This document shows, in pieces, positions 1-10,123 of a DNA stretch of 64,000 nt; within the stretch, counting starts at the first letter, position 1, and every line of letters starts with the position of its first letter. Source of the stretch: a virus; IMG/VR virus record IMGVR_UViG_3300020159_002019, positions 1-64,000 of that record. The stretch is one strand, 5' to 3'. The position numbers and the translations under genes were made by a program. Below the pieces are notes generated by a model. That model searched no databases. It was given only the letters and a program-made list of their open reading frames with translations, and was not told the DNA's origin.

Positions 1-1637
1 AATTCAGCATTACCTTCTTTTTCATATTTCTTACCCAACGCTTTAAATTCATTCCTTGCCTTATGGAAGTATCTTAACATCGCTTTCATCGCTCCGGTAA
101 TATCTGATTCAGGAAAAATATCGTGTGTGATTTGGATTGAAGGGTAAAGAGAACTAAAATCCAGTTTAACCAATCGTTTAGAATAACCAACACGAATAAG
201 ACGTGATAAACCACCAACGAAATCTCTCTTTTCCTCATTAACAGGAATTGCTAAGTCATTTTCATAAGACCAAGCCATCATCATCATTTTCCATAATGTA
301 GCAGTTCCCATAGTAGAAACCCTTGAAAATGCCGCAGGAATTGTTTTAGAAATAAAGAATGAAGATTGTCCAAAGATATTATCAACATCTAATGTTTCTT
401 GTAAGTCATCCATTAAGTATCTTTTAACGATATACTTACCATCAACTACTTCTTCATCACTTTCTAATATTTGATTTGAATAAACAGAGTATTTACCATT
501 TTTTTGATTATAAACGTATTCATCATCATTCCATAAAGCACCTATTTGACCACCTTCAATATGAGTTCTATTAGGTTTAGCAACTTTATTTTCTTTAGCG
601 ATATATTTCAAACCAGCAGATTTAATATCTGAGTTAATCGCCATCGCTCTTCTAACTGAGTGGATAATATCTGTCACGTTAAACCCCCAAATAAGTGTTT
701 GTTCATATTGTTCAACCTCATTTGCGAGTTTAAGCATTGATTGCTTACGAGATATATCAAAATTAGGGTGCATATCCTTACACATTTTTTTAATATCCAA
801 CCCCAATATTTTAGCCCTTTCAAATATAAAATACCAGTCAAAGTTATCGCTATTATAACCAGCAAGTAAAGATGGTTTTATTTTAGTAATAAGTTCAAAA
901 AAACGGAAAATACCTGTTATTTCTGAAACATCATTATCACCCATTTCAATAAGTTCTTCAAACCCACGATTATCTTTTACCCCAATTAAAAATATTCTTG
1001 ATAAGTTGGGGTCTAATCCGTGAGTCTCGATATCAAATACTACCTTATGTAAGTCATTATAATCATCAAATCCTTTAAATAATCTAATACCTGTCGATAT
1101 AAGATATTGTTCAACTGGAGGTAATACTAACACTAAATCCCTGAATGATTTTGTACCTTCTTTTTGTTTTTCACCAGGTTTAAGCCTTTTAAATGGGTCT
1201 AAACCTCCATCACGAAAGAAGTTATTAAGTTCATTTAATCCCTTAGATGAATGAACTATAAATTTATAACCATCTTCAAGCCTAAGAACATTACCTGTTT
1301 GTAATTTTTTAAATGTAATTCCGTATTTTTTAATATTGGTTTTAAGAAGTTCTTTGTTTGGGTAGAAGTTTTCATCTTTAAGATCTTTAATCCAAGCAAA
1401 TGCTTTAAGTTTATCTTTTCTTATAATTTTACCACCATCTGAGTTTTGAACTATTTTTGATATTTGCTGTAGTCCGTAGTCGTATTCAACGGCAATAACA
1501 CCCTTCTCCGAGTTATGACCTTCTAAAAATTGTATGATTCTATCTTCTGAAATCTGATTTTTAGAAAAAGTCCCATTTTCGGTAATGACCTCAGAACCTT
1601 CTTGTAATTCTTCGGTAGATTTTTCTATTTTTTCCAT
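1..1637 (-). CDS. polB: Family B DNA polymerase (T4 gp43-like), N-terminal part; runs off the window
   Basis: Not in the ORF track because it is open at the edge. Read manually from the ATG at 1637 (MEKIEKSTEEL...). Shows ExoI VFDIETHG, ExoII GYNSDNFDW and polymerase motif A KLDFSSLYPSI. Confidence 0.93.
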   Translation of the reverse strand, partial: MEKIEKSTEELQEGSEVITENGTFSKNQISEDRIIQFLEGHNSEKGVIAVEYDYGLQQISKIVQNSDGGKIIRKDKLKAFAWIKDLKDENFYPNKELLKTNIKKYGITFKKLQTGNVLRLEDGYKFIVHSSKGLNELNNFFRDGGLDPFKRLKPGEKQKEGTKSFRDLVLVLPPVEQYLISTGIRLFKGFDDYNDLHKVVFDIETHGLDPNLSRIFLIGVKDNRGFEELIEMGDNDVSEITGIFRFFELITKIKPSLLAGYNSDNFDWYFIFERAKILGLDIKKMCKDMHPNFDISRKQSMLKLANEVEQYEQTLIWGFNVTDIIHSVRRAMAINSDIKSAGLKYIAKENKVAKPNRTHIEGGQIGALWNDDEYVYNQKNGKYSVYSNQILESDEEVVDGKYIVKRYLMDDLQETLDVDNIFGQSSFFISKTIPAAFSRVSTMGTATLWKMMMMAWSYENDLAIPVNEEKRDFVGGLSRLIRVGYSKRLVKLDFSSLYPSIQITHDIFPESDITGAMKAMLRYFHKARNEFKALGKKYEKEGNAE

Positions 1638-1689
1638 ATAATTAAATATAGGATTTTCTTTTGTAAAATGAAATATTTATACTTAAAAT

Positions 1690-2304
1690 ATGAAATTGAT
1701 GGAAACATTTGAATCTTTAATCACTAACGAAAAATATAGTGAATTAAATAAGATTATTAAAGAAAAATATCCTAAATATTATTCACCTGAGTTGATGGAA
1801 GATTTGTTTAGTTGGATTGAAGGTGCTGATATAAAAGGTATAAAATTTGAGAGGTTAGTCAATGCCTCTGGTATTGCTCATTATGATAGGTTGATAATAA
1901 ACAAAACTGTGTTATATAATAATTTCTGTTATTTCTTATATGTTTTATTACACGAAACAAGTCACTACTATCAGTTTAAGAAACACGGAATGGAGATTGA
2001 GATGGATGCGTTCAATAGTGATGATGTAATTGAAATAGCCGATAAAATATTGAATATTGAGATAATCGCCGATAGGTTAGCAATAAGAAAGTTTGGTATG
2101 TTTGTTAAAAAATACGATTTACAATGTGATTTACCTAAATCACATTATATTACAATAAAAAATAGTGAAAATAGTTATAAAAATTTTTTAAATTACATTC
2201 AACAAGTTATGAGAATGATTAAAGAAAAAAACATTAAATCAAACAAAGATTTAGTTGATGCTATATACAATATGATTAACAGTCAATACACCCATCTATC
2301 ATAA
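1690..2304 (+). CDS. Putative zincin-like metallopeptidase
   Basis: VLLHETSHYYQ (HExxH) with a downstream EIIADRLA third-ligand helix; preceded by TATTTATA at 1674-1681. Confidence 0.6.
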   Translation: MKLMETFESLITNEKYSELNKIIKEKYPKYYSPELMEDLFSWIEGADIKGIKFERLVNASGIAHYDRLIINKTVLYNNFCYFLYVLLHETSHYYQFKKHGMEIEMDAFNSDDVIEIADKILNIEIIADRLAIRKFGMFVKKYDLQCDLPKSHYITIKNSENSYKNFLNYIQQVMRMIKEKNIKSNKDLVDAIYNMINSQYTHLS

Positions 2305-3391
2305 TTTTAACTTTTGTAAGGGCAGATTCTATCACTTTATCCATATCATAATACTTATACTCAGCTAATCTGCCACCAAATATAATGTTTTTTTCACCAT
2401 CACTTAATTCCTTATATTTTTGATACTTGATGTTATTTTCAACATCATTAACAGGGTAATATGGTTCATTTTCTTTTGCTTTATATTCCACAGGATATTC
2501 TTTTGTTATCCAAGTATGTTTAGATTCTATATTTTCAAAATGTTTATGTTCAATAATTCTGGTAAAGGGGATATCATATTCAGTAAAATTCATCATAGCC
2601 GTTCCTTGAAAATTAGTATTGTTTTCTAAAAAAATATGTTTAAAATTAGTGGTTTTATATTCTAATTCCCCAAATTTGTAATTAAAGTAAGAGTCAATAG
2701 GACCAGTATAAATAATTTTATCAGCCACCCCATCCCAATAATCTTTATCTTTAAGATAATCAACACCTAATTTAACTTCAATACCATCTAATAACTTCTC
2801 AAATATTTGGGTATAACCCCCAATAGGTATTCCTTGATACTTATCATTAAAATAGTTGTTGTCGTAATTAAATCTTACAGGTAATCGTTTAATAATTTCT
2901 TTAGGTAATTCTTTAGGGTCTTTTCTCCATTGTTTAGCGGTATAACCTTTAATTAGTTTTTCATAAACATCCACACCGACTAATTTAATTGCTTGTTCTT
3001 CTAAATTAGTAGGTTCAATAATATGTTTACTTTGATTTTCAATTATTTCTTTTGCTTGGTGTGGGTGAGTTATATTCCATAATTTTGAGAATGTCCACAT
3101 ATTAAATGGTAAAGAATAAATCTCACCTTTATAATTAGCCACAGGTCTTAAACTAAAATCGTTAAAAGAAACAAACTGATTAATCCATTCCCATACCTCT
3201 TTGTTTGACGTGTGGAATATGTGAGGACCATATTTGTGAACATTTATACCATCTTTATTAGATGTATAACAATTACCCGCAATGTGATTACGTTTTTCTA
3301 AAACTAAACACTTATACCCCTTTTTAGTTAATTCGTAAGCACAAATAGAGCCAAAGAATCCTGATCCAACAATTAAAAAATTATACTCCAT
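2276..3391 (-). CDS. glf: UDP-galactopyranose mutase
   Basis: FAD motif IVGSGFFG; HKYGPHIFHT, YFNDKYQGIP, EPYYPVN, GRLAEYKYYDMD. Confidence 0.97.
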   Translation of the reverse strand: MEYNFLIVGSGFFGSICAYELTKKGYKCLVLEKRNHIAGNCYTSNKDGINVHKYGPHIFHTSNKEVWEWINQFVSFNDFSLRPVANYKGEIYSLPFNMWTFSKLWNITHPHQAKEIIENQSKHIIEPTNLEEQAIKLVGVDVYEKLIKGYTAKQWRKDPKELPKEIIKRLPVRFNYDNNYFNDKYQGIPIGGYTQIFEKLLDGIEVKLGVDYLKDKDYWDGVADKIIYTGPIDSYFNYKFGELEYKTTNFKHIFLENNTNFQGTAMMNFTEYDIPFTRIIEHKHFENIESKHTWITKEYPVEYKAKENEPYYPVNDVENNIKYQKYKELSDGEKNIIFGGRLAEYKYYDMDKVIESALTKVKIMIDGCIDC

Positions 3392-3944
3392 TTAAAATTA
3401 ACCCCCAAAATCTTTCATAAACCCACTCTAATATGGAATCTTTTTCAACTAAAGAAAATAGTTTAACATAAAAGTCTTTAGGGTGTTTTAGAATATTTTC
3501 TTTTGGGACTATAAATTGAGCACCAGCTCCGAAGGTGATAATTTTATCATTATCCATAGTATCATTAAAAATTAAATTATATGACTCTATTAGAGGTAAT
3601 CCTGGGTGGTATTGACAACCATTTAATGTGAAATCAACAATCCTATCAGATAATGTATAAAAATTTGATTGTCCGTTATTAAAATAACCTTCTATCTTCT
3701 CTAAAGCGTTTGGTGAATGATCAAAAGGATTACCTTGCAGAAAAACTAAATAATCATCTAAATTATCATAATTATTTACTATATAATATAAGTAAGAATA
3801 ACTTTCCCTAGCAACATTATCTATTTTAATTGATGGGAAACTAATTTCATCACCTTTATTGATTATAATATATGGGTGTTTTAAGTTATTCACCCAATCC
3901 AAATTTTCGTTGTATCTAGCTATAATTATCATACCATATTTCAC
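3381..3944 (-). CDS. DUF3431-like protein (glycosyltransferase-associated)
   Basis: IIARYNENLDW, NVARESYSYLYYI, VFLQGNPFDH, GAQFIV, YERFW. Confidence 0.7.
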   Translation of the reverse strand: MKYGMIIIARYNENLDWVNNLKHPYIIINKGDEISFPSIKIDNVARESYSYLYYIVNNYDNLDDYLVFLQGNPFDHSPNALEKIEGYFNNGQSNFYTLSDRIVDFTLNGCQYHPGLPLIESYNLIFNDTMDNDKIITFGAGAQFIVPKENILKHPKDFYVKLFSLVEKDSILEWVYERFWGLILNGV

Positions 3945-4713
3945 CTGTATTATTATGATTTAAGTATTGAAATACATTGTTTGTATTTCCCCTATATAAA
4001 ACAGCCCATAACCCACAATTACCTGAATGAGTTATTAATATTTTACACATTGACATTATTTTTGTAACAGCCAAGAAGTTTATTGAAAATCCTGTCTTAT
4101 TTTTAATGTAGTTATGGACAACGTGTCTTGGGTCGTTTGGTAATCTAATCATTTCATTAAAACAAATAAAGGGTATTTTACCATAACAAAAATTAATAAA
4201 ATCCTGATCGTCTGTTTGTATTAAAATAATGTGTCCCGGATTTATTGTTAATATTTGAAGCATTTTATGTAAATAAATTGAGTATGAACCAATATTAGTT
4301 TCCCTGACTTTATCATTACCCCTATAAAAAACACCAATAGTTTTTTCTAAATCCAAACCATATTTTTCAATATAAAATTGTATGTGTTGATTAACAATTG
4401 GACTGGTTGAAAAGTATTTCTCAACAAAAGGATAAACATCGTTAATGTTAATTTGATTGTAGTTAGAAAACTGAGTTTCATCGTCACTAAAACTAAATAT
4501 TATGTCATGTGAAAATTCAATTTTTTTATCATTATCACTATAAATAATTTTAGTTAAATCATCAGATAAATCATCCTTAAAAAATGAGTATTGTTTAGAC
4601 GAATCAACCTCATCAGGTAAACCTTTGTGATTATTAAAATAATTAATTATTTCACAAAGTCTTACAGTACTACAAGAAAAAAAACCTGAGTTATGTGTGA
4701 TAGTTAGTGTCAT
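3916..4713 (-). CDS. NodZ/GT23-like fucosyltransferase-fold protein
   Basis: SGFFS N-terminal motif, IGVFYRGNDK (motif I), LIQTDD (motif II), MSMCKILITHSGN (motif III). Confidence 0.65.
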   Translation of the reverse strand: MTLTITHNSGFFSCSTVRLCEIINYFNNHKGLPDEVDSSKQYSFFKDDLSDDLTKIIYSDNDKKIEFSHDIIFSFSDDETQFSNYNQININDVYPFVEKYFSTSPIVNQHIQFYIEKYGLDLEKTIGVFYRGNDKVRETNIGSYSIYLHKMLQILTINPGHIILIQTDDQDFINFCYGKIPFICFNEMIRLPNDPRHVVHNYIKNKTGFSINFLAVTKIMSMCKILITHSGNCGLWAVLYRGNTNNVFQYLNHNNTGEIWYDNYS

Positions 4714-5516
4714 ATTGTTAGTAATAAATTATTAATCCTCTCAAAGAAAAAAGCATAATTTTTAGATATTTTGTAATTTTTTTCTAAGATATCTATTCGT
4801 TTATTATAATCGTCCTCTGTCAATTTACTCAATAATGAATGTAATTCATTAAGATTATCAAATATTATCATCCCATCTGTATCGAAATAATCACCGATAT
4901 TAGGGCAACCCCAATAAATAGGCACTGTTTTACTCATAAAACAATCTATAATTTTCTCTGAAAAGTAATTAGTTTCTCTACAATTTTCAATTGCAATGTG
5001 AAACATTGAGTCCTCAAATAATGGGAATTTTATAGGTATGTTTGATAGATTAAGAGGTTCAAAATTTCTATTTTGTATTAACTCAGGAACATATTGTCTC
5101 ATTCTATGTCCTTCTAAATAATTTTTATGGGATTTAATGAAACTAACTTTAAATTTTTTATTAAACTCTTTTTCAATAAACTCTTTTTCATTCATAATTG
5201 TTTCTCCAACCTTATCTGAAAGAACCCAACAAGAACCAAAACAAAATAGTTCACTATTATTAGTATTTTTTAATACCTCAACATCGTATGTGAATATTTT
5301 ATCAAAAAAATGATGGTTCTGAATGACTTCATTGGTAATATTATTAACCACTTTAGGTTCACAACCATGTACTAAAATCATTTTTAAGTGTGATTCCCTA
5401 TCTTTTTTAATTTGTTCATTGAAATAAGCATTATCAGGATCAACAACTAGTTTACACGAAAATGGTAAATCAATTAAATTTTCTTCAGGGATAAACCCAT
5501 ACACATTAGGCTTCAT
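4710..5516 (-). CDS. GT10 alpha-1,3-fucosyltransferase-like protein
   Basis: FHIAIENCRETNYFSEKIIDCF...TVPIYWGCPNI is the GT10 signature. Start moved to the ATG at 5516, which overlaps the gmd end. Confidence 0.85.
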   Translation of the reverse strand: MKPNVYGFIPEENLIDLPFSCKLVVDPDNAYFNEQIKKDRESHLKMILVHGCEPKVVNNITNEVIQNHHFFDKIFTYDVEVLKNTNNSELFCFGSCWVLSDKVGETIMNEKEFIEKEFNKKFKVSFIKSHKNYLEGHRMRQYVPELIQNRNFEPLNLSNIPIKFPLFEDSMFHIAIENCRETNYFSEKIIDCFMSKTVPIYWGCPNIGDYFDTDGMIIFDNLNELHSLLSKLTEDDYNKRIDILEKNYKISKNYAFFFERINNLLLTI

Positions 5517-6477
5517 ACTTTTTAATCCAATATTCAATCATTTCATCTAACATTTCTTCAAATGTGTAATTAAGATTCCAACCTGTATTATTTTTAAGTT
5601 TTGTCGGATCTCCTTTCAAGTTATTTAATTCTTCAGGTCTTAAAAATTTTTCATCTTGTGTTACATAATTTCTATAATCTAAACCCAATTTAGAAAATAC
5701 ATATTCACATAAATCTCTTACTGAATGTGATATACCTGTGGCACAAACATAATCATCGGGATTTTCTTGTTGTAAGATTAACCACATTGCTTCTACATAA
5801 TCTTTAGCATGACCCCAATCTCTTGTAGCTTCTAAATTACCTAATTTTAATTCATTAGTCAAACCAAATTTTATTTTAACAGCTTCTTTACAAACTTTAT
5901 TTGTTACGAAATTAGTTCCTCTTCTTGGTGATTCGTGATTGAATAATATTCCGTTTGAAATAAACATACCGTATGAGTTACGGTAATTTCTACAAATATT
6001 ATAAGAAAATACTTTAGCACATCCATAAGGGGATACTGGATTCATTGGTGTTGTTTCTCTTTGATACCCATCTAAATCGATACTATTACCAAACATTTCA
6101 GATGATGAAGCTTGGTATATTTTAGTGTTAGGTTTAATTAATTTTACCGCTTCTAACATATTAAGAGTTCCTAAACCTGTTACATTTGCAGTGTATATTG
6201 GTTGATCGAAACTAATCCTCACATGTGATTGAGCCGCTAAATTATAGATCTCATCTGGGTTAGATTTTTGTATTACAGATATTAATGAAGATAAATCAGT
6301 TAAATCTGCGTAGTGTAAATGAATTTTATTAAAAATACTATCCAACCTAGCCGTTTGATTCTCAGCTACAGAATTTCTTTTAAGTGTTCCGTGAATTTCA
6401 TAACCCTTGTTTAGTAAAAATTCCGCTAAATACGAACCATCTTGTCCGTTAATTCCTGTTATTAATGCTTTTTTCAT
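5506..6477 (-). CDS. gmd: GDP-mannose 4,6-dehydratase
   Basis: ALITGINGQDGSYLAEFLL, NLAAQSHVRISF, QASSSEMFG, SPYGCAK, LFNHESPRRG, RDWGHAKDY. Confidence 0.96.
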   Translation of the reverse strand: MKKALITGINGQDGSYLAEFLLNKGYEIHGTLKRNSVAENQTARLDSIFNKIHLHYADLTDLSSLISVIQKSNPDEIYNLAAQSHVRISFDQPIYTANVTGLGTLNMLEAVKLIKPNTKIYQASSSEMFGNSIDLDGYQRETTPMNPVSPYGCAKVFSYNICRNYRNSYGMFISNGILFNHESPRRGTNFVTNKVCKEAVKIKFGLTNELKLGNLEATRDWGHAKDYVEAMWLILQQENPDDYVCATGISHSVRDLCEYVFSKLGLDYRNYVTQDEKFLRPEELNNLKGDPTKLKNNTGWNLNYTFEEMLDEMIEYWIKKYEA

Positions 6478-7634
6478 ATATATTTTAAAAGTATGTTACA
6501 AATTTTATCAATTTCTTCTTTTGTTAGTTTATCGTGATTAGGTACATATAAACCCCTTTCGTCTATTATTGAGCAATTAGGTAGTTTATTTTCACCATAT
6601 ATCTTAGTATAAAATGGTTGTATTCCCATTGATCCAGATATTAAAGGTCTACACGCAATTTCATTTTTATTTAATTCATCAATCAATTTTAACTTATCGT
6701 CAATTGATTTTGTTATTACAGGTATTGCAAAATTAGATGTATATGAATTTTCTATATCAGATGGAAACCAAATTTTACCTTTAAGTTTACTCTTAAAATA
6801 AAGAAAGTTCTCATATCTATTATTAATCATATTATCTACTTTATCTAATTGATTTATACCAATAAACGCTTGTAAGTCAGTAGCTCTAAGATTGAATCCT
6901 GGTACATAAAAAGTATATAATGTTGAGAACTCACCTACATTCCATTGATTTCTTAGATTATTTTGTTTCCACTCAGGTAAATCCCTATCCCATCCGTGAC
7001 TTCTTAATTGTAATAATAAATGGTATATCTCCTCATCATTAGTAGAAATCATACCACCTTCAATTGTTGACATTGTATGTCCAAAGTACGTTGAAAATGA
7101 TGACATTAAACCAAAATTACCTAACTTAACCCCATTATACTTACTACCTTGAGATTCACAATTATCTTCTAATAGAATTACATCATATTTTTCACATAAT
7201 TCTATTATTTTATCCATATCAGGTGTTAAACCTAAAACAGATACTAATAATAAAACTGATGGCGATTCTTCAATAAAACATTTTTCTAAATGTTCTAAAT
7301 CAACTGAAAGGTTTTCTAAGTTACAATCAACCAAAATTGGTGATAGATTTAGTTGTATTACTGGTGATAAATCTGTAGCCCAACACAATGATGGAACACA
7401 TATTTTGTTATTTTTCAATTTACCCATCATTATTAATGTGTAAATCATTAATAAATTGGCGGATGAACCTGAATTAACAAACACCGAATATTTACAACCC
7501 AACCATTTAGACCATTTTTCCTCAAACTCAATAGTTTTAGGTCCTTTGGTTAGTTTTGGGTAATTTTGTAACCAACTAATTAATTTATCGATATCATCGT
7601 TGTTTATAGTGTCTTTAACTAAATCTATTTTCAT
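6474..7634 (-). CDS. colD: PLP-dependent GDP-4-keto-6-deoxy-sugar 3-dehydratase (ColD-like, DegT family)
   Basis: VNSGSSANL, EDNCES, STYFGHTMSTIEGG (His at the catalytic Lys position), RSHGWDR; lies between gmd and fcl/colC. Confidence 0.8.
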   Translation of the reverse strand: MKIDLVKDTINNDDIDKLISWLQNYPKLTKGPKTIEFEEKWSKWLGCKYSVFVNSGSSANLLMIYTLIMMGKLKNNKICVPSLCWATDLSPVIQLNLSPILVDCNLENLSVDLEHLEKCFIEESPSVLLLVSVLGLTPDMDKIIELCEKYDVILLEDNCESQGSKYNGVKLGNFGLMSSFSTYFGHTMSTIEGGMISTNDEEIYHLLLQLRSHGWDRDLPEWKQNNLRNQWNVGEFSTLYTFYVPGFNLRATDLQAFIGINQLDKVDNMINNRYENFLYFKSKLKGKIWFPSDIENSYTSNFAIPVITKSIDDKLKLIDELNKNEIACRPLISGSMGIQPFYTKIYGENKLPNCSIIDERGLYVPNHDKLTKEEIDKICNILLKYI

Positions 7635-8569
7635 TTTCTAATTTCATTATAATTGTTTATAAACCAATCAATTGTTTCATTAATACCTATTTTAATATCT
7701 TTAAAATTATAATCCTTAACATCACTTATCGCTGGTTTTCTATGTTGTCCGCTAGGTCTTGTAGTATCAAATATAATATTATTATCGTCAATATCAAATC
7801 TTTCGATTATTATATTTGCAATATCCCTTATAGGTATTTCAGTTTCATTAATTAACATACAATGTTCTTCTTTACCCCAATTATTTAATGACCAAATAAT
7901 AAGATTAGCCAAATCTTCAGCGTGAACAAATTGTCTTAATTGTGAACCATCACCCCAAATAACAAACTTATCGTTATTTTTTTTAGCTAAATAAGCTTTA
8001 TGTATTAATCCAGGTATTAAATGGCTCGATTCCAAATTAAAATTATCGTGAGCCCCATAAAGGTTAGTTGGTACAACTGAAAACCAATTAGATTTTGTTA
8101 TGTTTCTAAATATTTTTGTTTCATAACCAGATAATCTTTTAGCGTATGAATAACCATAATTAGATGGGTGTGGAGCACCTCCATCAATTTGTTGTGGTGT
8201 TAAAGGATATACTATGTTTGTATCAGGGAAGATGCAAGTTGATAGTATATTAACGAAGTTAGGTATTTTGTTCTTGAATGCAGATTTAATTACATTATTA
8301 TTAATCTTATAATTATCTATAAAAAATCCCCAATTATCGTTAGTATTTGCTTGTACTCCACCAACTCTAGCGGCGCAATGTATTATTGTATCAATACCAT
8401 TTTCTTTAACTTGTTTAGTTATGTATTTTAAAGTATCAATCTCATTTGTTAAATCACAATCTTTTCTTGTATGATAAATGTGATTATCACCTAATATTTT
8501 TTTAAGTGCGTTACCTAAAAGTCCGTTAGAACCTGTTACTAATATTTTTTTATTCATATTTTTATCCAT
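7631..8569 (-). CDS. fcl: GDP-L-fucose synthase / GDP-colitose synthase (epimerase-reductase)
   Basis: TGSNGLLG, AARVGG, LSTCIFP, YSYAKR, PTNLYG.HDNF, SHLIPGLI, WGDGSQLRQF. Confidence 0.88.
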   Translation of the reverse strand: MDKNMNKKILVTGSNGLLGNALKKILGDNHIYHTRKDCDLTNEIDTLKYITKQVKENGIDTIIHCAARVGGVQANTNDNWGFFIDNYKINNNVIKSAFKNKIPNFVNILSTCIFPDTNIVYPLTPQQIDGGAPHPSNYGYSYAKRLSGYETKIFRNITKSNWFSVVPTNLYGAHDNFNLESSHLIPGLIHKAYLAKKNNDKFVIWGDGSQLRQFVHAEDLANLIIWSLNNWGKEEHCMLINETEIPIRDIANIIIERFDIDDNNIIFDTTRPSGQHRKPAISDVKDYNFKDIKIGINETIDWFINNYNEIRK

Positions 8570-9336
8570 TTATTACAATATAAATCATTGGTATCTAAAT
8601 GTAAATTATTATTACCAAACCATTTAGAGGGTGCAATCACTTTTTTATCTTCATTAATATTCATCCAAGCACCCCACCAACTAAAAGAAGAATTTGCAAT
8701 AATATTATTGTCACACATAGACATTAAATATAAATCCTGAAAATCTTCATTACCTTCAATAAAAGTTTTGTTTGGTATAAAATCAAAGTTTTGCTTACAC
8801 CATTCCATATCGTCTGAAAAGATTAGAAAATGTTTATCATATCCAATTTTATTCAATGATTTATAGTAATAATTTATGTCTTGAGCTGGATGATAATTTT
8901 GTTTATATAGGTAATCACCTCTTCTAACGTGAATAGAACAAGTATTTAACCCTAAAATATCACCATATTTTTTGTCTAAGTATGTTTTAGTATCATCGTC
9001 TATTGAAAATAGATTTAAGATATCTTCTCTATAATTAATAAAATATTTTTCTGATTGAAAGTAACCATTTAATTTTACATCACCATCAATTTTTGGTATT
9101 TCATTATAAGTAAAATCAACCTCATCTAGATTATTTAATGTTTTTAATTCATCGCTAAATTTTATATTCTTAAAAATATTTTCTAAATATTTAGTGTAGG
9201 GTTGATGTATTCTTAGTATGTCATTTGTGTCACATACCAATGTTTTGTTATCTCTTAAAGCTATTGATTGAGCCGTAGCTATTTGAAATAGGTAGTTTCC
9301 TAAACCACCCATTAATTTAATTGATACTATTCCCAT
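8554..9336 (-). CDS. GT11 alpha-1,2-fucosyl(colitosyl)transferase
   Basis: GGLGNYLFQ, GYFQSEKYF, SIHVRRGDY, IFSDD, ANSSFSWWGAW. Confidence 0.93.
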   Translation of the reverse strand: MGIVSIKLMGGLGNYLFQIATAQSIALRDNKTLVCDTNDILRIHQPYTKYLENIFKNIKFSDELKTLNNLDEVDFTYNEIPKIDGDVKLNGYFQSEKYFINYREDILNLFSIDDDTKTYLDKKYGDILGLNTCSIHVRRGDYLYKQNYHPAQDINYYYKSLNKIGYDKHFLIFSDDMEWCKQNFDFIPNKTFIEGNEDFQDLYLMSMCDNNIIANSSFSWWGAWMNINEDKKVIAPSKWFGNNNLHLDTNDLYCNKWIKI

Positions 9337-10123
9337 TGTTTATAATCTCATCGTAATTTTTAATCCATTGTATCGGTATCGGCGTATTTTGTAATTTACA
9401 TAAAGAATCGTGACATAAAGTTTTATTTTTATTAAAAAATCCAGCAGAAATACTAAATGTACTAGAACCAACAACTAATAAATCCGCATTAACCAAATGA
9501 TTAAAATGTTCTAAAAACCTATCACCGGTATCAGTCACATAATATGTTATATTATCATAATTTAATTTTATACCTGAATCTTTCCAAGAAAATATATGAA
9601 TATGAGTATTAGGTATTTTATTAATTAACACATCTATTAAATTTTCATATACTTCAGGTTTAATCCATCTGGCGTTTAAATTATCAATATACGCTTCACC
9701 TAACTCACTATTAGAATTTTGTGGGATATCATCACCCCTTCTCACATGAATTGCAATATTAAATTTATTATTATTGTATGTTTCAGGTTTTTGGTTTGGG
9801 TAACTATCACTAATTTTTTTTAAAAATTCATCACTAAAATAAAGTTCAACCCCTTCATTATATATTTGATTATAAAAAAAAGGAAATTGATTACAGGGTT
9901 GTTTTGTATCAATCCCTAAATTATCTATTATTTTATCAATAATTTGATTAGCCAATTCAATTTCTGTGTTTTGAAATTGATTATTATCCACCAACTTAAT
10001 ATTTTCTAATCTAGTGTGGGAGTATTGAATACCATTTTTTATACAAAAAGCTATCCCTGATATAATACTAAATAATTGAGATCCGAATCCATCGTTACCT
10101 CTTTTTATTGTTATACAATTCAT
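9317..10123 (-). CDS. Fucosyltransferase-fold protein (GT11/O-FucT-like)
   Basis: DGFGSQ, IAIHVRRGDD, ADLLVVGSSTFS. Confidence 0.7.
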   Translation of the reverse strand: MNCITIKRGNDGFGSQLFSIISGIAFCIKNGIQYSHTRLENIKLVDNNQFQNTEIELANQIIDKIIDNLGIDTKQPCNQFPFFYNQIYNEGVELYFSDEFLKKISDSYPNQKPETYNNNKFNIAIHVRRGDDIPQNSNSELGEAYIDNLNARWIKPEVYENLIDVLINKIPNTHIHIFSWKDSGIKLNYDNITYYVTDTGDRFLEHFNHLVNADLLVVGSSTFSISAGFFNKNKTLCHDSLCKLQNTPIPIQWIKNYDEIINNGNSIN

